Of a DNA stretch of 64,000 nt, positions 1 to 13,302 are shown in pieces. Source of the DNA: Eledone cirrhosa. Lineage: Eukaryota. The notes under the pieces were generated by a model. The model saw nothing but the letters and a program-made list of their open reading frames with translations, ran no database searches and was not told where the DNA came from. The translations under genes were made by a program, and so were the position numbers. Position 1 is the stretch's first letter, and each line of letters opens with the position of its first letter. The stretch covers positions 77,252,001 through 77,316,000 of the forward strand of contig OZ024741.1 in NCBI GenBank assembly GCA_964016885.1. Direction: 5' to 3'.

Positions 1-702
1 TGGCTGATAGAGAGAGAGAGATAGCTTTTATAACTGAGAAAAATATATTGTTTTACATAGAGAGGTTTAAAAACCGTTGGAAGATAATGTATAAATTAAA
101 AGAATTTGAAAATTAACGAAGAGAAAAATAATGTAAAGTTAATGTTTGTATATTGAAGGGTTTAATAATATATCCAAAATTAAGATAGATTAAAAGAATT
201 CAATCAGAATCGAAATTGTGGGTGTCATTCCTTAACAGAATGCGCCATATCTTAATTTTGGATATAGATATATAAATACTGCTCCTTAATTGTAGAGCTA
301 ACTCTGTTGAAGGGAATTGACTGCTATTTCTAGTTGTCGAATACCTATTCACGCCACTGAAACGAAGCCGCTGTGATGTGTAATATCAACACGTGGTAAC
401 GGCCAGTTTAAGATTTTGACTCGAAGTGTAAACATGGATCGCTTGATATTATTCTTCCTTGTTGATAATTCAATAATATCCACTTTCCGTGACTTACCAT
501 CTGATTAATTGGTGAAATATATTTCTTTAATGAAATATATACAGGGAAGATTAAGCATTAAAAGGTATATATTTTTGAAGTTCTAGTTAACTTTATTTAC
601 TTGTTACCTACTAGCCATGCGTGGTTACACGCTTGTAGAAATTATCTCTTGTGATTTTTCATGTTTATATTTATTTATATATATGTTGATCAATTCCTAG
701 TT

Positions 703-841
<139 letters not shown>

Positions 842-857
842 TAAAATAACAGATTAA

Positions 858-908
858 AGTTTAAGCAACGAATCGCTGCTTTCACCCTTAACGGGATCTT
901 CTGAAACT
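858..908 (-). ncRNA. type I hammerhead-like motif, variant core (A4, U.U at 10.1/11.1), family C
   Basis: Minus strand: AGTTT-CAGAAGA-T-CCC gttaa GGG-T-GAAA-GCAGCG att CGTTGC-TT-AAACT; stems I, II and III all pair. Confidence 0.6.
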
Positions 909-930
909 AACAAAGTCAATCGTATAACGG

Positions 931-1089
931 AAATTAAGACCATGTGACCTCTGCGCCGCTGAGGCCCTGGAAATACTCTACGCCACAGACCACATCCTAA
1001 ACAAAAAATCTGAGGCAATTTCGGCTTGTAAACATAAATTGCACAACACTTTCCTGTATTACAGCCACACGTTATACCCTAACGGATAG
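931..1089 (+). pseudogene. PLE GIY-YIG endonuclease C-terminal remnant
   Basis: Manual translation KLRPCDLCAAEALEILYATDHILNKKSEAISACKHKLH...; the C-x-LC..E...LN-x2-SE..S-x-C-x-H tail is typical of a PLE endonuclease subgroup. Confidence 0.7.
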
Positions 1090-2004
1090 TACGATCTATA
1101 CGTGGATATTTTACGTTTTGATGTGGGAGCTAAGTATATGTTTTGTTTATACCATTACTTATTTGCATAGGTAAGTATATATTACCCGTATGTTTTGTGA
1201 AGGTACTTATACCTTCTCGTACGTATATTTGATTGTTTATGTTATGGCGTATAATTTTATATATTCTGGTACATATGGTTTGGCTATGTGTATACGGGAG
1301 TTTTGCGTCTGTGTGAGTATGCAGGTTCGTACGTCTGTAGGGTGTGTGTATATGTGTACTTCATGTTTTGGTTGACTTACGTCTCCGAACATTCGTGTAT
1401 TTACATGTAGGTATGTGTGTGCGCTTGTTATATACGTATTTATTTATTTATATACGTTTATATAATTATTTATTTATTTGTATACACGCATACACATACA
1501 GACATATTTATATGTGCGGGGTTTGTATACCTACGGTAAGTGTTTTGCGTATGCTTGTGTATGTACGTATTTGTTTGCGTGTATGTATTTATTTATTTCT
1601 ATTACTTCTGTATTGTATTTATTTACTTTGTTCTTATCTCTGTAGCGGAGATTCATTCGGTCTCCTAGTTTGAATTTTAGTCTACGACTTCTGCTATACC
1701 ATTTACGTGGTTTTGTCTTTGCGTGCTATCGTTCTCCACGCGCCACATATGACGTATTATCTTCGTTTTTTTCGTTCATTGCCAGAGAACGTCTCCTAAG
1801 AGAACATTAGTCTACGACCATAAACGTGGTTCTGTCTTTGCGCGTAATTGTGTTTCACCGCTCCTATTAATGACGTATTATATTCGTTTTTTCCCGTTCT
1901 TTGCCAGCGAATGTTTCCACGAACCAAAGTATCGTCTTTCTGTCTTCCTCCGGTTGCAACGTTTTTTGAAATATCCACTTCTGCGTTTACAGATTGACTT
2001 TGTT

Positions 2005-2055
2005 AGTTTCAGAAGATCCCGTTAAGGGTGAACGCAGCGATTCTTTGCTTAAACT
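2005..2055 (+). ncRNA. hammerhead-like motif, family C (GAAA mutated to GAAC)
   Basis: AGTTT-CAGAAGA-TCCCgttaaGGGT-GAAC-GCAGCGattCTTTGC-TT-AAACT. Confidence 0.45.
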
Positions 2056-2162
2056 TTAATTTGTTATTTTAATAAATATTTGCTCTACGGTTCTTATATA
2101 TTTGATATATATTTATCCTTATCGTGCCCTCTTTGGATTTTAGTCTTCAAATTTATTATTAT

Positions 2163-2281
<119 letters not shown>

Positions 2282-2285
2282 ATAT

Positions 2286-2319
<34 letters not shown>

Positions 2320-2332
2320 ATATATATATATA

Positions 2333-2398
<66 letters not shown>

Positions 2399-2408
2399 AT
2401 ATATATAT

Positions 2409-2441
<33 letters not shown>

Positions 2442-2511
2442 ATATATATACAATATATATATATATATATATATAATATATATATTATATATATATATAT
2501 AATATATATAT

Positions 2512-3494
<983 letters not shown>

Positions 3495-3755
3495 TATATA
3501 TAAATGAGACGTATAGAGATTGTTTTAGCAAGAAGCTAACGGCATTCTATAACATATATGCGACTATAACGTCAAGATGGGAAAAGTAGTTAACGAAAGA
3601 TTTAGGAAAAATAACTCAAACTCATCTCAAAAGAGAATCAGGATACAAATTCATCCACAGAATTTAGTAAAATCCATGGAAAAATCTATAGACCTTTAAC
3701 TCATGATAAAACAAAGTTTGAAACACTTATCCTTCAATTTGGAATAACATCAAAT

Positions 3756-3837
3756 GCTCTGTATAGTCTTAAAAGACTATTTCATGAAAACTTTCAGTGG
3801 AGATGGTCACGGTTGGAATATCATTCATCAGCAGAAC
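3756..3837 (-). ncRNA. type I hammerhead ribozyme with long stem III and extended stem II
   Basis: Minus strand: GTTCTG-CTGATGA-ATGA...TCAT-GAAA-TAGTCTT tt AAGACTA-TA-CAGAGC. Confidence 0.8.
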
Positions 3838-3849
3838 TCTTATATATAT

Positions 3850-3900
<51 letters not shown>

Positions 3901-3920
3901 TATAATATATATATATATAT

Positions 3921-3953
<33 letters not shown>

Positions 3954-4051
3954 ATATATATATCATATATATATATATATAATATATATATTATATATAT
4001 ATATATATATAATATATATATTATATATATATATATATATAATATATATAT

Positions 4052-4167
<116 letters not shown>

Positions 4168-4286
4168 TATTATATATATATATTATATAGCTCTGGTTCA
4201 TATGAATCATTGAGCACTTGCCACACATCTCGGAGGTTGATTTTCGTTATTTCGTGGGCCGAAATACGATACTTGATAATTTATAT

Positions 4287-4360
<74 letters not shown>

Positions 4361-4365
<5 letters not shown>

Positions 4366-5950
4366 TTTCCGAGATCCAGAAAAAGATTTACAACAGCTCT
4401 GGCTAGCAGAATATGGGATTTGAAAGACCAAGGTATCCAATATAAATTGGATTGGTCAATTTTAAACCAATCAAAATAATATGCAAGAGGAACAAGAAGA
4501 TGCACACTCTGCATAAGTGAAAGATATTGGAGTTTACAGAACCTTAAATCACCAAAAACCTGTCTAAATACAAAAACAGAAATTTTCACCAGTTGCCCAC
4601 ACATGAAATCACACTTGCTTTCCAGCTCATATAAACTTAACTCACTTTCAGATACTTATCCTCCATAAACTCTTGTTCTTCACTTTCCTTAAATTATCCT
4701 CTTTACAGACTTCTCTTTCTGATTTACTTTCATTTTTAACTTTATTTTCATTTTTATTTTTATTTTCACTTCACATCCACAAGTGAACCCCCCCCTCCCT
4801 ACTTTTTGATTCACTTACCTAATATCTTCACATTCCACACTTTACTTCCCCATTTTCTTTCACTACCTGATACTACATGTCACTTGCGTTTTCAACCCCA
4901 GATATATCCTGTTGTTTCGCAGCCGCTTTTATATTTGTATTTCTTTTTTTTATATGGCTGGTCTATAATTTGCATCTATGCGTGTGAGTGTGCACGCGCG
5001 TCCGTATGTGTGCGTGTGTGTGTCTATATGTGTGAGCATGTGTGTTTTTATATATATATTTATACGAGTGTGTGTATGTGTGTATGTGGGTGAACGTATG
5101 TGTATAAGTACGTGTATATATATATATATGTATATGTATGTATGTGTGTGTATGCATATATGTATGTATATAGTCGCGTACGTACGTGTGCTTAGATATA
5201 CGTGTGCCGATATAAGTATATATATGTGTGCTTCGTGTGTATGTATGTACGAATGCATGCGCTTTGCCTGTACGTATTCATATATATATATATTTTTATA
5301 TGTATATGTGCGTACGTGCGAACCTATGTTTGTTTTCTTTTTCTCTACTGTTAATTTATAATTGAAAACCCCTCCCTCTTACTTTCTCTTTGATTTAAAC
5401 AAAATTTTTTTCTTTCTCATATATTGTTTCATTTTTATATGTATCGAATATGACACTCTTTTTGACTAATATACTCCCTTCCCTTTTTATCTTCCGCATA
5501 TAAATGATCGCGTGTGTGTGTTTATACGCGTGCTTTCATACTTGTATGTGTATATATTTAATACCTAAATCTGGATGTACATTATTTTTCAACTTATATT
5601 ATATACGTATTGGTCACACATACACTATTATGCTTGCCCTCATATATGTACTTACGCACACTCATATTTTCACTATACACATGCATTTGTACCTACACAC
5701 ATATGTACATTTGTGAGTGAATATATACACATTTATACATATACCCTAATTATATTTCCTTATTTTTATATATCTCTTACTTTATATTTTTTTGCCCGTT
5801 AAACTCTTGCCTTTCTTGAGGAGATTTTTCAAATATTTCACTATGTTTTAAATTGCCTTGTCCGATGAACGAATGAGGACGTTTTTCGTATTCGTCTTAT
5901 TCGGGAAACCTCTGGTAATGAGGTAATTATATTGTATTGTTTATTATACA
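4361..5950 (+). mobile_element. 5'-truncated Penelope-like element: GIY-YIG C-terminus (about 4361-4668, internal stop), long low-complexity 3' UTR, terminal hammerhead
   Basis: TALASRIWDLKDQGIQYKLDWSILNQSK*YARGTRRCTLCISERYW...CLNTKTEIFTSCPH; starts in (TA)n; HHR at 5856. Confidence 0.8.
5856..5923 (+). ncRNA. type I hammerhead, variant core (C4, A10.1.G11.1)
   Basis: CCTTGT-CCGATGA-A-CGAATGAGGACG...CGTCTTATTCG-G-GAAA-CC tct GG-TA-ATGAGG. Confidence 0.65.
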
Positions 5951-6029
5951 TTAAATTTAGCTCTGGTACTTACATAGAGCACTCTTCACTCCTATGACTT
6001 TTTCAACGGAAACTTCATACATATATATA

Positions 6030-6668
6030 CGGCTTAATACGGGATGTTTGTTTACAAACACACCGAGCATTATAATAGATGTTCGGTGAATCCATACGTA
6101 CATATATATATGTGTGCATGTATGTATATATATATACATACTACTGTACGTCGGTATGCATATATGTATGTACGTGTACATACTTCTATTTAAGTAACAG
6201 CCGTACTAAGAGTGGGAAATGAAATTTCGTTTCATTTTTTTCCGTTTATCGTTTTCGGTGCACCCGGCCGATTAACCCACTCGATATGCAAATTGGGCTA
6301 CTCAGCCGTTAATATGCATAAGGTAAGTATATACGTTCAACAATCTGGCAGGAAGGTATACGTTGCTGACGATAGCTAATAAGCTTGAAACTAGTACAGC
6401 GTTCCTTTGTCAGTGTTGAACAAACGAGCAACGATGGTTGCTGGACACTACGACTTAATACGGGATGTTTGTTTACAAACACACCGAGCATTATAATAGA
6501 TGTTCGGTGAATCCATACGTACATATATATATGTGTGCATGTATGTATATATATATACATACTATTGTACGTCTGTATACATATATGTATGTACGTGTAC
6601 ATACTTATATTTAAGTAACAGCCGTACTAAGAGTGGGAAATGAAATTTCGTTTCATTTTTTCCGTTTA
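6030..6668 (+). mobile_element. family D non-coding element, about 1.5 tandem copies of a roughly 421-bp unit (retrozyme-like)
   Basis: 6030-6248 is repeated at 6451-6668; one HHR per unit; no credible ORF. Confidence 0.75.
6360..6402 (+). ncRNA. type I minimal hammerhead ribozyme, family D
   Basis: ACGTTG-CTGACGA-TAGCTaataAGCTT-GAAA-CTAG-TA-CAGCGT. Confidence 0.85.
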
Positions 6669-6840
6669 TATATATATATATATATTGTTATACTTTGGGA
6701 GGGTCATGTTGCCAATAAGAAACACACGCACCAGTTGCTTTCACTTCAATTTAATTTAATATATATTTATAAATTTACAAATTTATAAATTTCTGGTTGG
6801 TTGGTTGGTTCCACAACCAGATAGTTGTTTATATATATAT

Positions 6841-6885
6841 AGTCATAGTTCTTTCGTCACACACTCTGTGACCTCTTCAGTGACT
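6841..6885 (-). ncRNA. type I minimal hammerhead ribozyme, PLE family A
   Basis: Minus strand: AGTCA-CTGAAGA-g-GTCAC agagtgt GTGAC-GAAA-GAAC-TA-TGACT. Confidence 0.85.
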
Positions 6886-7184
6886 GGGGATTTCTTTCTT
6901 CGTTTCTGTGCCTTTCCTTTCTTCTATCCTACGCCATTTTGTTTGTGTGTGGGTTGCGTGTTCAGTTTGCGCATGCGCCACATCCGGGTGTCTGTGTGTG
7001 TTTGTGTTCATTTTTCTATTTTTCTATTTATATTTGTTTGTTTATTTATTTATTTGTTGTTGGTTGGTTGTTTGTTCTATGTGTGTGTGTGTGTTTTCAT
7101 TTTTTCTTGTGTGTGTTTTCATTTTGTGTGTGTTTTCAATTGTAAGTTGTTTGTTCTATGTGTGTGTGTGTTTTCATTTTGTCC

Positions 7185-9881
7185 TTAATTGTAAGTTGTG
7201 ATGTTGCTGTTCCACTCATATTTTCTATTTAATTTTGGTTTTAATTCTTTTATGCTTACTGCCTCTGTAATTTGCCTAAACATTGCGTCTTTCTTGTGTG
7301 TGGATTCTATTTTTATTTCTATGCTCTCTAATTTACCCCTGTGTTCTATCTTAGCATGTTGGTAGAGCACAGATGATTCTTTACTATCTTGGAGGTCTCG
7401 CCAGTGTTCATTTATTCGTTCCCCTATACTACGAGCTGTCTCACCTATGTACACTATATTTTTGTTTCTACATTGTCCTTCAGTACATCTTATGCTATAT
7501 ACTACATTTCTAGTTTTACAGTTAATATGGGGGCTTATTTTACAGGTTATACATTTCTTATCTATACATGAGGGTCTTTGGAACGGGTATGTCTTGCTAA
7601 TAAGTGTTTTTACGGAGGTACCAGGTCTTTCTACTATCTTAATATTGAGATTATGTTTCTTTAGGGCTCTTCTAAATTTGTAGGCTAGTTCGCCTCTAGG
7701 GGTTGTATTGATGAACATTACACTCTGGTATTTATTGCTATCATACCATGAGTTTATTCTATTGGCCTTGTTCTTAGTTCTTTCTATTCTATTCCAAAAT
7801 TTGCTCCTATACAAGGGGCAGGTCCCATTTATGTCATTATTTACCATTTTTTCCCATTTGGTTCTGGCTCCTTTATACACTCTGATTCTATCTCTCTGAT
7901 TGTAGCCAGAGAACTGCATACGGTGGATGAAGTGTTGTATGTGTCTCTCTAGTTCTTCGGGGTTGCACATGCGGGACACATTTCTCATCACCCGTACCAA
8001 ATCCGCAATCAGTATGTTGATTTTGGTATGGTCCGAAATGGCCGAGTTTCGGTGGATCAGATGTTTGGAAGTCATGGGTTTGGCATAATGGGAATGGAGG
8101 ATTTGTTTTTGGTTGTTAATAGTATCTAACCAGAGCTCTGTGTCTAGTACAGGTAATCGATGGTTGGGGTGTCTACTTGGGTAGTCTATAGTAACTCTAA
8201 TGCTCTGGTGGATGGAGTTTGCTATTTGCTGGATGCTTTCCATTGTGTTTTTCTCTGGTTCCTGACTGTTCTTTAGTGGGGGTGTCTTAACTACGATGTT
8301 TATATCATCTACGTAGCGGGAGTACATTATCAGGGTTAAGCTGTCTTCTAATTGTTCATTAAGTTTTTGTTTAAGTCTACTGTCCCACCATACCATGAAC
8401 AAGTTAGCTATGTCGCCTGCAATGCTAACACCAATGGCTGCTCCTTCCTCTTGGGCATATGTTTTACCATTAAATTTGAACATATGTTCCTTAAGGGTTA
8501 ATTTTATGCTGGCCCCTACCGCATGTGCAATCATTTTCTTCAGTTCATCGTGGTTTTCGGGTGTCCGTATGGCTCTGGTCCACCCGTTCCATCTATCCGT
8601 GTGGGTTTTCTTGGCCATTGAGGTAATGGTAGGTGGTCTGCCTCTTGCTGGTCTTGTAGGGCACAGGTTGCTAAGGTCATAAGTGTCTAGGTAACTATTA
8701 CTATGGGTAAGCTTAAGTAGAAGTCCCAGCTCACTGGTATCAATCCCACGGAACTCAACCTTGCTCTCGCTGATCATTTCGACGCATTTCTCCACAGCAA
8801 AATCCACGTCAATAGATGGATACAGGGACACAACATCCATACTGCCTATTATGCAGTTTGTTAGGTCCCCAGATCGGTTACCCGCGCCGATTCTGCTGAG
8901 GAGGTCCTCCGTGCTGTCACACACATCTGGGGACATCTCAATGATGGGGCGTATGATCAGGGAGAGGAAGTAGGACAGTCTGTAGTTACTAGCAATGTTA
9001 GCCCCACAGACTGGCCGTGTTGGTGGTCCCGCGACAGGGTCCCAGCCCGTTTTATGGTCTTTTCGAAGCCCATACAACGCCGGCACGTCATTGTTCCAGG
9101 CCTGGAAGTTGTTGGCAGTCCTTTTGTTGGGCTGCATTATATTTGTCCACATCACCATATGGGCATTGAGGGTTTTTTCTTTATCCTCATGCTCCTGTGG
9201 TGTTACCTCTCTTGTGTTAGTGGTGTGGGGTTGCATTGCCTGGATGTAGTTTGGCAGGCTGTCAACCGACATTCTGCCAGACTTGTCTGTTGGAAAGCAT
9301 GCTATCTCTCCATTACGCGAGCGCTGCATGAGCTTACGCAAGCCATTTGCAGATTCTTCTCCCAGTTGCTGGGCCTCTATTCTATTATGCTTCTTGCTAT
9401 ACTGTTCAATAATATTTCTAAGTTCGGATTTAGCTATACTAAATTGTGCTTCTGTTTGTTCATCGACCTGCGACGGCAACTGCGTGCGTTTGTTAAATGG
9501 CAAAGTCGTGGCGTGGACTCGTCGTAGGTCGAATGATTTATCGGAGGGGTTATAAAACGGAGAGTTCCAGGCTGCTGCTTTATGTGTACTAGTGCTATTG
9601 TTAGTTGTGTTGTTTCTATTTCCACCAACAGCAGCATCCTCAGCTTCATGGTTGTTTCTATGTCTCTCATAATTACTCCTGTCTCTTTCCACTGGCTCAA
9701 TGTTGTTATCTACCCTATTTTGTGTGTCTGTGTGTTCGTCTTGGTTATTCTCTTTGTCCTTAGTCTCCCTTCTCCTTTTAATCCTATTACTTTCTCTTAT
9801 TTCTCTGATTTCTGTGCTACTGTCATTACTTGTTTTCTGTGTCTGTGTGTTTGTTAAGATTGTAGTGGTGGTGAGAGGCAT
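7185..9881 (-). CDS. PLE polyprotein: reverse transcriptase + Cys-rich linker + GIY-YIG endonuclease (frame probably extends through an Asn/Thr-rich tract to about 10292; N-terminus missing)
   Basis: PTDKSG, LYGLRKDHK, RPV, GSMDVVSLYPSID, QEEGAAIG, SRYVDD, LPVLD, CxxxxCxxC linker, VVYSIRC...YIGETARS...R..EH...EA...LN. Confidence 0.93.
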   Translation of the reverse strand: MPLTTTTILTNTQTQKTSNDSSTEIREIRESNRIKRRRETKDKENNQDEHTDTQNRVDNNIEPVERDRSNYERHRNNHEAEDAAVGGNRNNTTNNSTSTHKAAAWNSPFYNPSDKSFDLRRVHATTLPFNKRTQLPSQVDEQTEAQFSIAKSELRNIIEQYSKKHNRIEAQQLGEESANGLRKLMQRSRNGEIACFPTDKSGRMSVDSLPNYIQAMQPHTTNTREVTPQEHEDKEKTLNAHMVMWTNIMQPNKRTANNFQAWNNDVPALYGLRKDHKTGWDPVAGPPTRPVCGANIASNYRLSYFLSLIIRPIIEMSPDVCDSTEDLLSRIGAGNRSGDLTNCIIGSMDVVSLYPSIDVDFAVEKCVEMISESKVEFRGIDTSELGLLLKLTHSNSYLDTYDLSNLCPTRPARGRPPTITSMAKKTHTDRWNGWTRAIRTPENHDELKKMIAHAVGASIKLTLKEHMFKFNGKTYAQEEGAAIGVSIAGDIANLFMVWWDSRLKQKLNEQLEDSLTLIMYSRYVDDINIVVKTPPLKNSQEPEKNTMESIQQIANSIHQSIRVTIDYPSRHPNHRLPVLDTELWLDTINNQKQILHSHYAKPMTSKHLIHRNSAISDHTKINILIADLVRVMRNVSRMCNPEELERHIQHFIHRMQFSGYNQRDRIRVYKGARTKWEKMVNNDINGTCPLYRSKFWNRIERTKNKANRINSWYDSNKYQSVMFINTTPRGELAYKFRRALKKHNLNIKIVERPGTSVKTLISKTYPFQRPSCIDKKCITCKISPHINCKTRNVVYSIRCTEGQCRNKNIVYIGETARSIGERINEHWRDLQDSKESSVLYQHAKIEHRGKLESIEIKIESTHKKDAMFRQITEAVSIKELKPKLNRKYEWNSNITTYN

Positions 9882-10296
9882 TGAATGTGTGTGTGTTGTT
9901 GTTGTTGATGTGTGTTGTTGTTGATGTGTGTTGTTGTTTCCGTGTGTGTGTGTGTTATCGTTGTTGTGTGTGTTGTTATTGTTGTTTGTGTTTGCGTGTC
10001 TGTTGTTGTTGTATCTGGGTATGTTGCTGTTGTTGTTGTTGTTGATGTGTGTGTTGTTGTTATTGTTGTCTCCGTGTGTGTTGTTATTGTTGTTTGTGTC
10101 TGCGTGTCTGTTGTATCTGGGTATGTTGCTATTGTTGGTGTTGTATCTGGGTATGTTGCTATTGTTGTTGTTATTGTTGTTTGTGTCTGTGTGTCTGTTG
10201 TTGTTGGGATGTGTGTTGTATATGTGTGTGCGTATATTGTTGCTTTTGTTTTTGTTTTTGATGCTCCAGCGTAGTTTCGTAAATGATTTTTCTTAA

Positions 10297-11715
10297 ATGA
10301 TTTTTCGGGTGTCCGTATGGACCAGAGCCATACGGACACCCGAAAACCACGATGAACTGAAGAAAATGATTGCACATGCGGTAGGGGCCAGCATAAAATT
10401 AACCCTTAAGGAACATATGTTCAAATTTAATGGTAAAACATATGCCCAAGAGGAAGGAGCAGCCATTGGTGTTAGCATTGCAGGCGACATAGCTAACTTG
10501 TTCATGGTATGGTGGGACAGTAGACTTAAACAAAAACTTAATGAACAATTAGAAGACAGCTTAACCCTGATAATGTACTCCCGCTACGTAGATGATATAA
10601 ACATCGTAGTTAAGACACCCCCACTAAAGAACAGTCAGGAACCAGAGAAAAACACAATGGAAAGCATCCAGCAAATAGCAAACTCCATCCACCAGAGCAT
10701 TAGAGTTACTATAGACTACCCAAGTAGACACCCCAACCATCGATTACCTGTACTAGACACAGAGCTCTGGTTAGATACTATTAACAACCAAAAACAAATC
10801 CTCCATTCCCATTATGCCAAACCCATGACTTCCAAACATCTGATCCACCGAAACTCGGCCATTTCGGACCATACCAAAATCAACATACTGATTGCGGATT
10901 TGGTACGGGTGATGAGAAATGTGTCCCGCATGTGCAACCCCGAAGAACTAGAGAGACACATACAACACTTCATCCACCGTATGCAGTTCTCTGGCTACAA
11001 TCAGAGAGATAGAATCAGAGTGTATAAAGGAGCCAGAACCAAATGGGAAAAAATGGTAAATAATGACATAAATGGGACCTGCCCCTTGTATAGGAGCAAA
11101 TTTTGGAATAGAATAGAAAGAACTAAGAACAAGGCCAATAGAATAAACTCATGGTATGATAGCAATAAATACCAGAGTGTAATGTTCATCAATACAACCC
11201 CTAGAGGCGAACTAGCCTACAAATTTAGAAGAGCCCTAAAGAAACATAATCTCAATATTAAGATAGTAGAAAGACCTGGTACCTCCGTAAAAACACTTAT
11301 TAGCAAGACATACCCGTTCCAAAGACCCTCATGTATAGATAAGAAATGTATAACCTGTAAAATAAGCCCCCATATTAACTGTAAAACTAGAAATGTAGTA
11401 TATAGCATAAGATGTACTGAAGGACAATGTAGAAACAAAAATATAGTGTACATAGGTGAGACAGCTCGTAGTATAGGGGAACGAATAAATGAACACTGGC
11501 GAGACCTCCAAGATAGTAAAGAATCATCTGTGCTCTACCAACATGCTAAGATAGAACACAGGGGTAAATTAGAGAGCATAGAAATAAAAATAGAATCCAC
11601 ACACAAGAAAGACGCAATGTTTAGGCAAATTACAGAGGCAGTAAGCATAAAAGAATTAAAACCAAAATTAAATAGAAAATATGAGTGGAACAGCAACATC
11701 ACAACTTACAATTAA
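10297..11715 (+). CDS. 5'-truncated copy of the family A PLE protein (RT C-terminal half + GIY-YIG); the start is a junction artefact
   Basis: From WTRAIRTPEN onward the translation is identical to the 7185-9881 ORF. Confidence 0.85.
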   Translation: MIFRVSVWTRAIRTPENHDELKKMIAHAVGASIKLTLKEHMFKFNGKTYAQEEGAAIGVSIAGDIANLFMVWWDSRLKQKLNEQLEDSLTLIMYSRYVDDINIVVKTPPLKNSQEPEKNTMESIQQIANSIHQSIRVTIDYPSRHPNHRLPVLDTELWLDTINNQKQILHSHYAKPMTSKHLIHRNSAISDHTKINILIADLVRVMRNVSRMCNPEELERHIQHFIHRMQFSGYNQRDRIRVYKGARTKWEKMVNNDINGTCPLYRSKFWNRIERTKNKANRINSWYDSNKYQSVMFINTTPRGELAYKFRRALKKHNLNIKIVERPGTSVKTLISKTYPFQRPSCIDKKCITCKISPHINCKTRNVVYSIRCTEGQCRNKNIVYIGETARSIGERINEHWRDLQDSKESSVLYQHAKIEHRGKLESIEIKIESTHKKDAMFRQITEAVSIKELKPKLNRKYEWNSNITTYN

Positions 11716-12021
11716 GGACAAAATGAAAACACACACACACATAGAACAAACAACTTACAACTTACAATTGAAAACACACACAAAATGAAAACACACACAA
11801 GAAAAAATGAAAACACACACACACACATAGAACAAACAACCAACCAACAACAAATAAATAAATAAACAAACAAATATAAATAGAAAAATAGAAAAATGAA
11901 CACAAACACACACAGACACCCGGATGTGGCGCATGCGCAAACTGAACACGCAACCCACACACAAACAAAATGGCGTAGGATAGAAGAAAGGAAAGGCACA
12001 GAAACGAAGAAAGAAATCCCC

Positions 12022-12066
12022 AGTCACTGAAGAGGTCACAGAGTGTGTGACGAAAGAACTATGACT
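12022..12066 (+). ncRNA. type I minimal hammerhead ribozyme, PLE family A
   Basis: AGTCA-CTGAAGA-g-GTCAC agagtgt GTGAC-GAAA-GAAC-TA-TGACT. Confidence 0.85.
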
Positions 12067-12279
12067 ATATATATATAAACAACTATCTGGTTGTGGAACC
12101 AACCAACCAACCAGAAATTTATAAATTTGTAAATTTATAAATATATATTAAATTAAATTGAAGTGAAAGCAACTGGTGCGTGTGTTTCTTATTGGCAACA
12201 TGAACCTCCCAAAGTATAACAATATCGGTTTCAACACACGATTTCAGATAAAGAATCTTGCTAAACAAATTCAGAAACG

Positions 12280-12350
<71 letters not shown>

Positions 12351-12355
<5 letters not shown>

Positions 12356-12712
12356 ACTTACATTTTAGACTTAGCTCCATTTAATTGATTATTTGTCTAG
12401 GTAATTTCTATGGACTAAGTCGAAAGACTAGGTAAATTTTGTCTGACTGTTCCTCACAGAGGAAAGTCTATGACATTTATCTGTTATTTCTTCAAAGTTA
12501 CATTTTAAACTTACCTCCGTTTAAATGAGTATTTATCTGGTTGATTTCTACGGACTAAGGAGGAAAAAATTGGATAAATTTTGTCTGACTATTCTTCAAA
12601 CTTATAATTTATATATATATATATATATACACATTATATATGGTATATATTTGGTATGCATTTGTCTATTTTTCTTCATACTTATAATTTAAATTTAGCT
12701 CCGTTTAATTGA
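12351..12712 (+). repeat. degenerate tandem repeat of about 141 bp (2 copies plus a partial third)
   Basis: ttcaaacttacattttagacttagctcc... at 12351, ttcaaagttacattttaaacttacctcc... at 12492, partial copy near 12675. Confidence 0.55.
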
Positions 12713-12745
12713 GTGTGTGCGTGTGTAAGAGAGAGAGAGAGAGAA

Positions 12746-12791
<46 letters not shown>

Positions 12792-12834
12792 CCGTCGAAA
12801 CGGCTTGAGCTCAGCTGTCGGGGTCTTACTGGTT

Positions 12835-12880
<46 letters not shown>

Positions 12881-12891
12881 TAGATAGATAA

Positions 12892-12985
<94 letters not shown>

Positions 12986-12986
<1 letters not shown>

Positions 12987-13302
12987 AGGCGCTGACTATG
13001 TAATATATATTTCTAAATGCAATGATGCTTATAGCATTTGTAAGAAGTAAAGTTTTTCATCTGTTTTTCTTTTTGACGAAAGGATTATGCATGTAGTAAA
13101 ATGTATAATTCATTTCTCAATTTCATTTCTTTCTTTCCCTCAAATGACTTTTTTTTTAATCACTCACTATATTTGTAGTTTTGAGAATAAGCGATGTTAT
13201 AAATTGTATTAGCTAAATCAGCTCTAGTTACAACGTTCATGCTAATAACTATTCTTATTTTCAAAATTAGTATTCTTTTCATTAGCTTGTATAAAATATA
13301 TG
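12986..13302 (+). repeat. roughly 320-bp dispersed repeat with an inverted near-identical copy at about 21886-22203
   Basis: Direct reverse-complement match; both copies abut (GA)n. Confidence 0.85.

Larger units (their letters stand above)
6685..12285. mobile_element. young Penelope-like element (family A), head-to-head inverted insertion of two 5'-truncated copies
   Basis: Minus copy 6685-10293 and plus copy 10318-12285; arms 6685-8582 and 10318-12222 nearly identical; RT+GIY-YIG ORFs; HHR in both 3' ends; (TA)n flanks. Confidence 0.95.

Noticed and set aside
7389-10377. Short ORFs antisense to or overlapping the PLE ORF, including Thr-, Val-, Cys- and Leu-rich ones
   Set aside because: Shadow frames of the PLE coding sequence and its (AAC)n-rich tract
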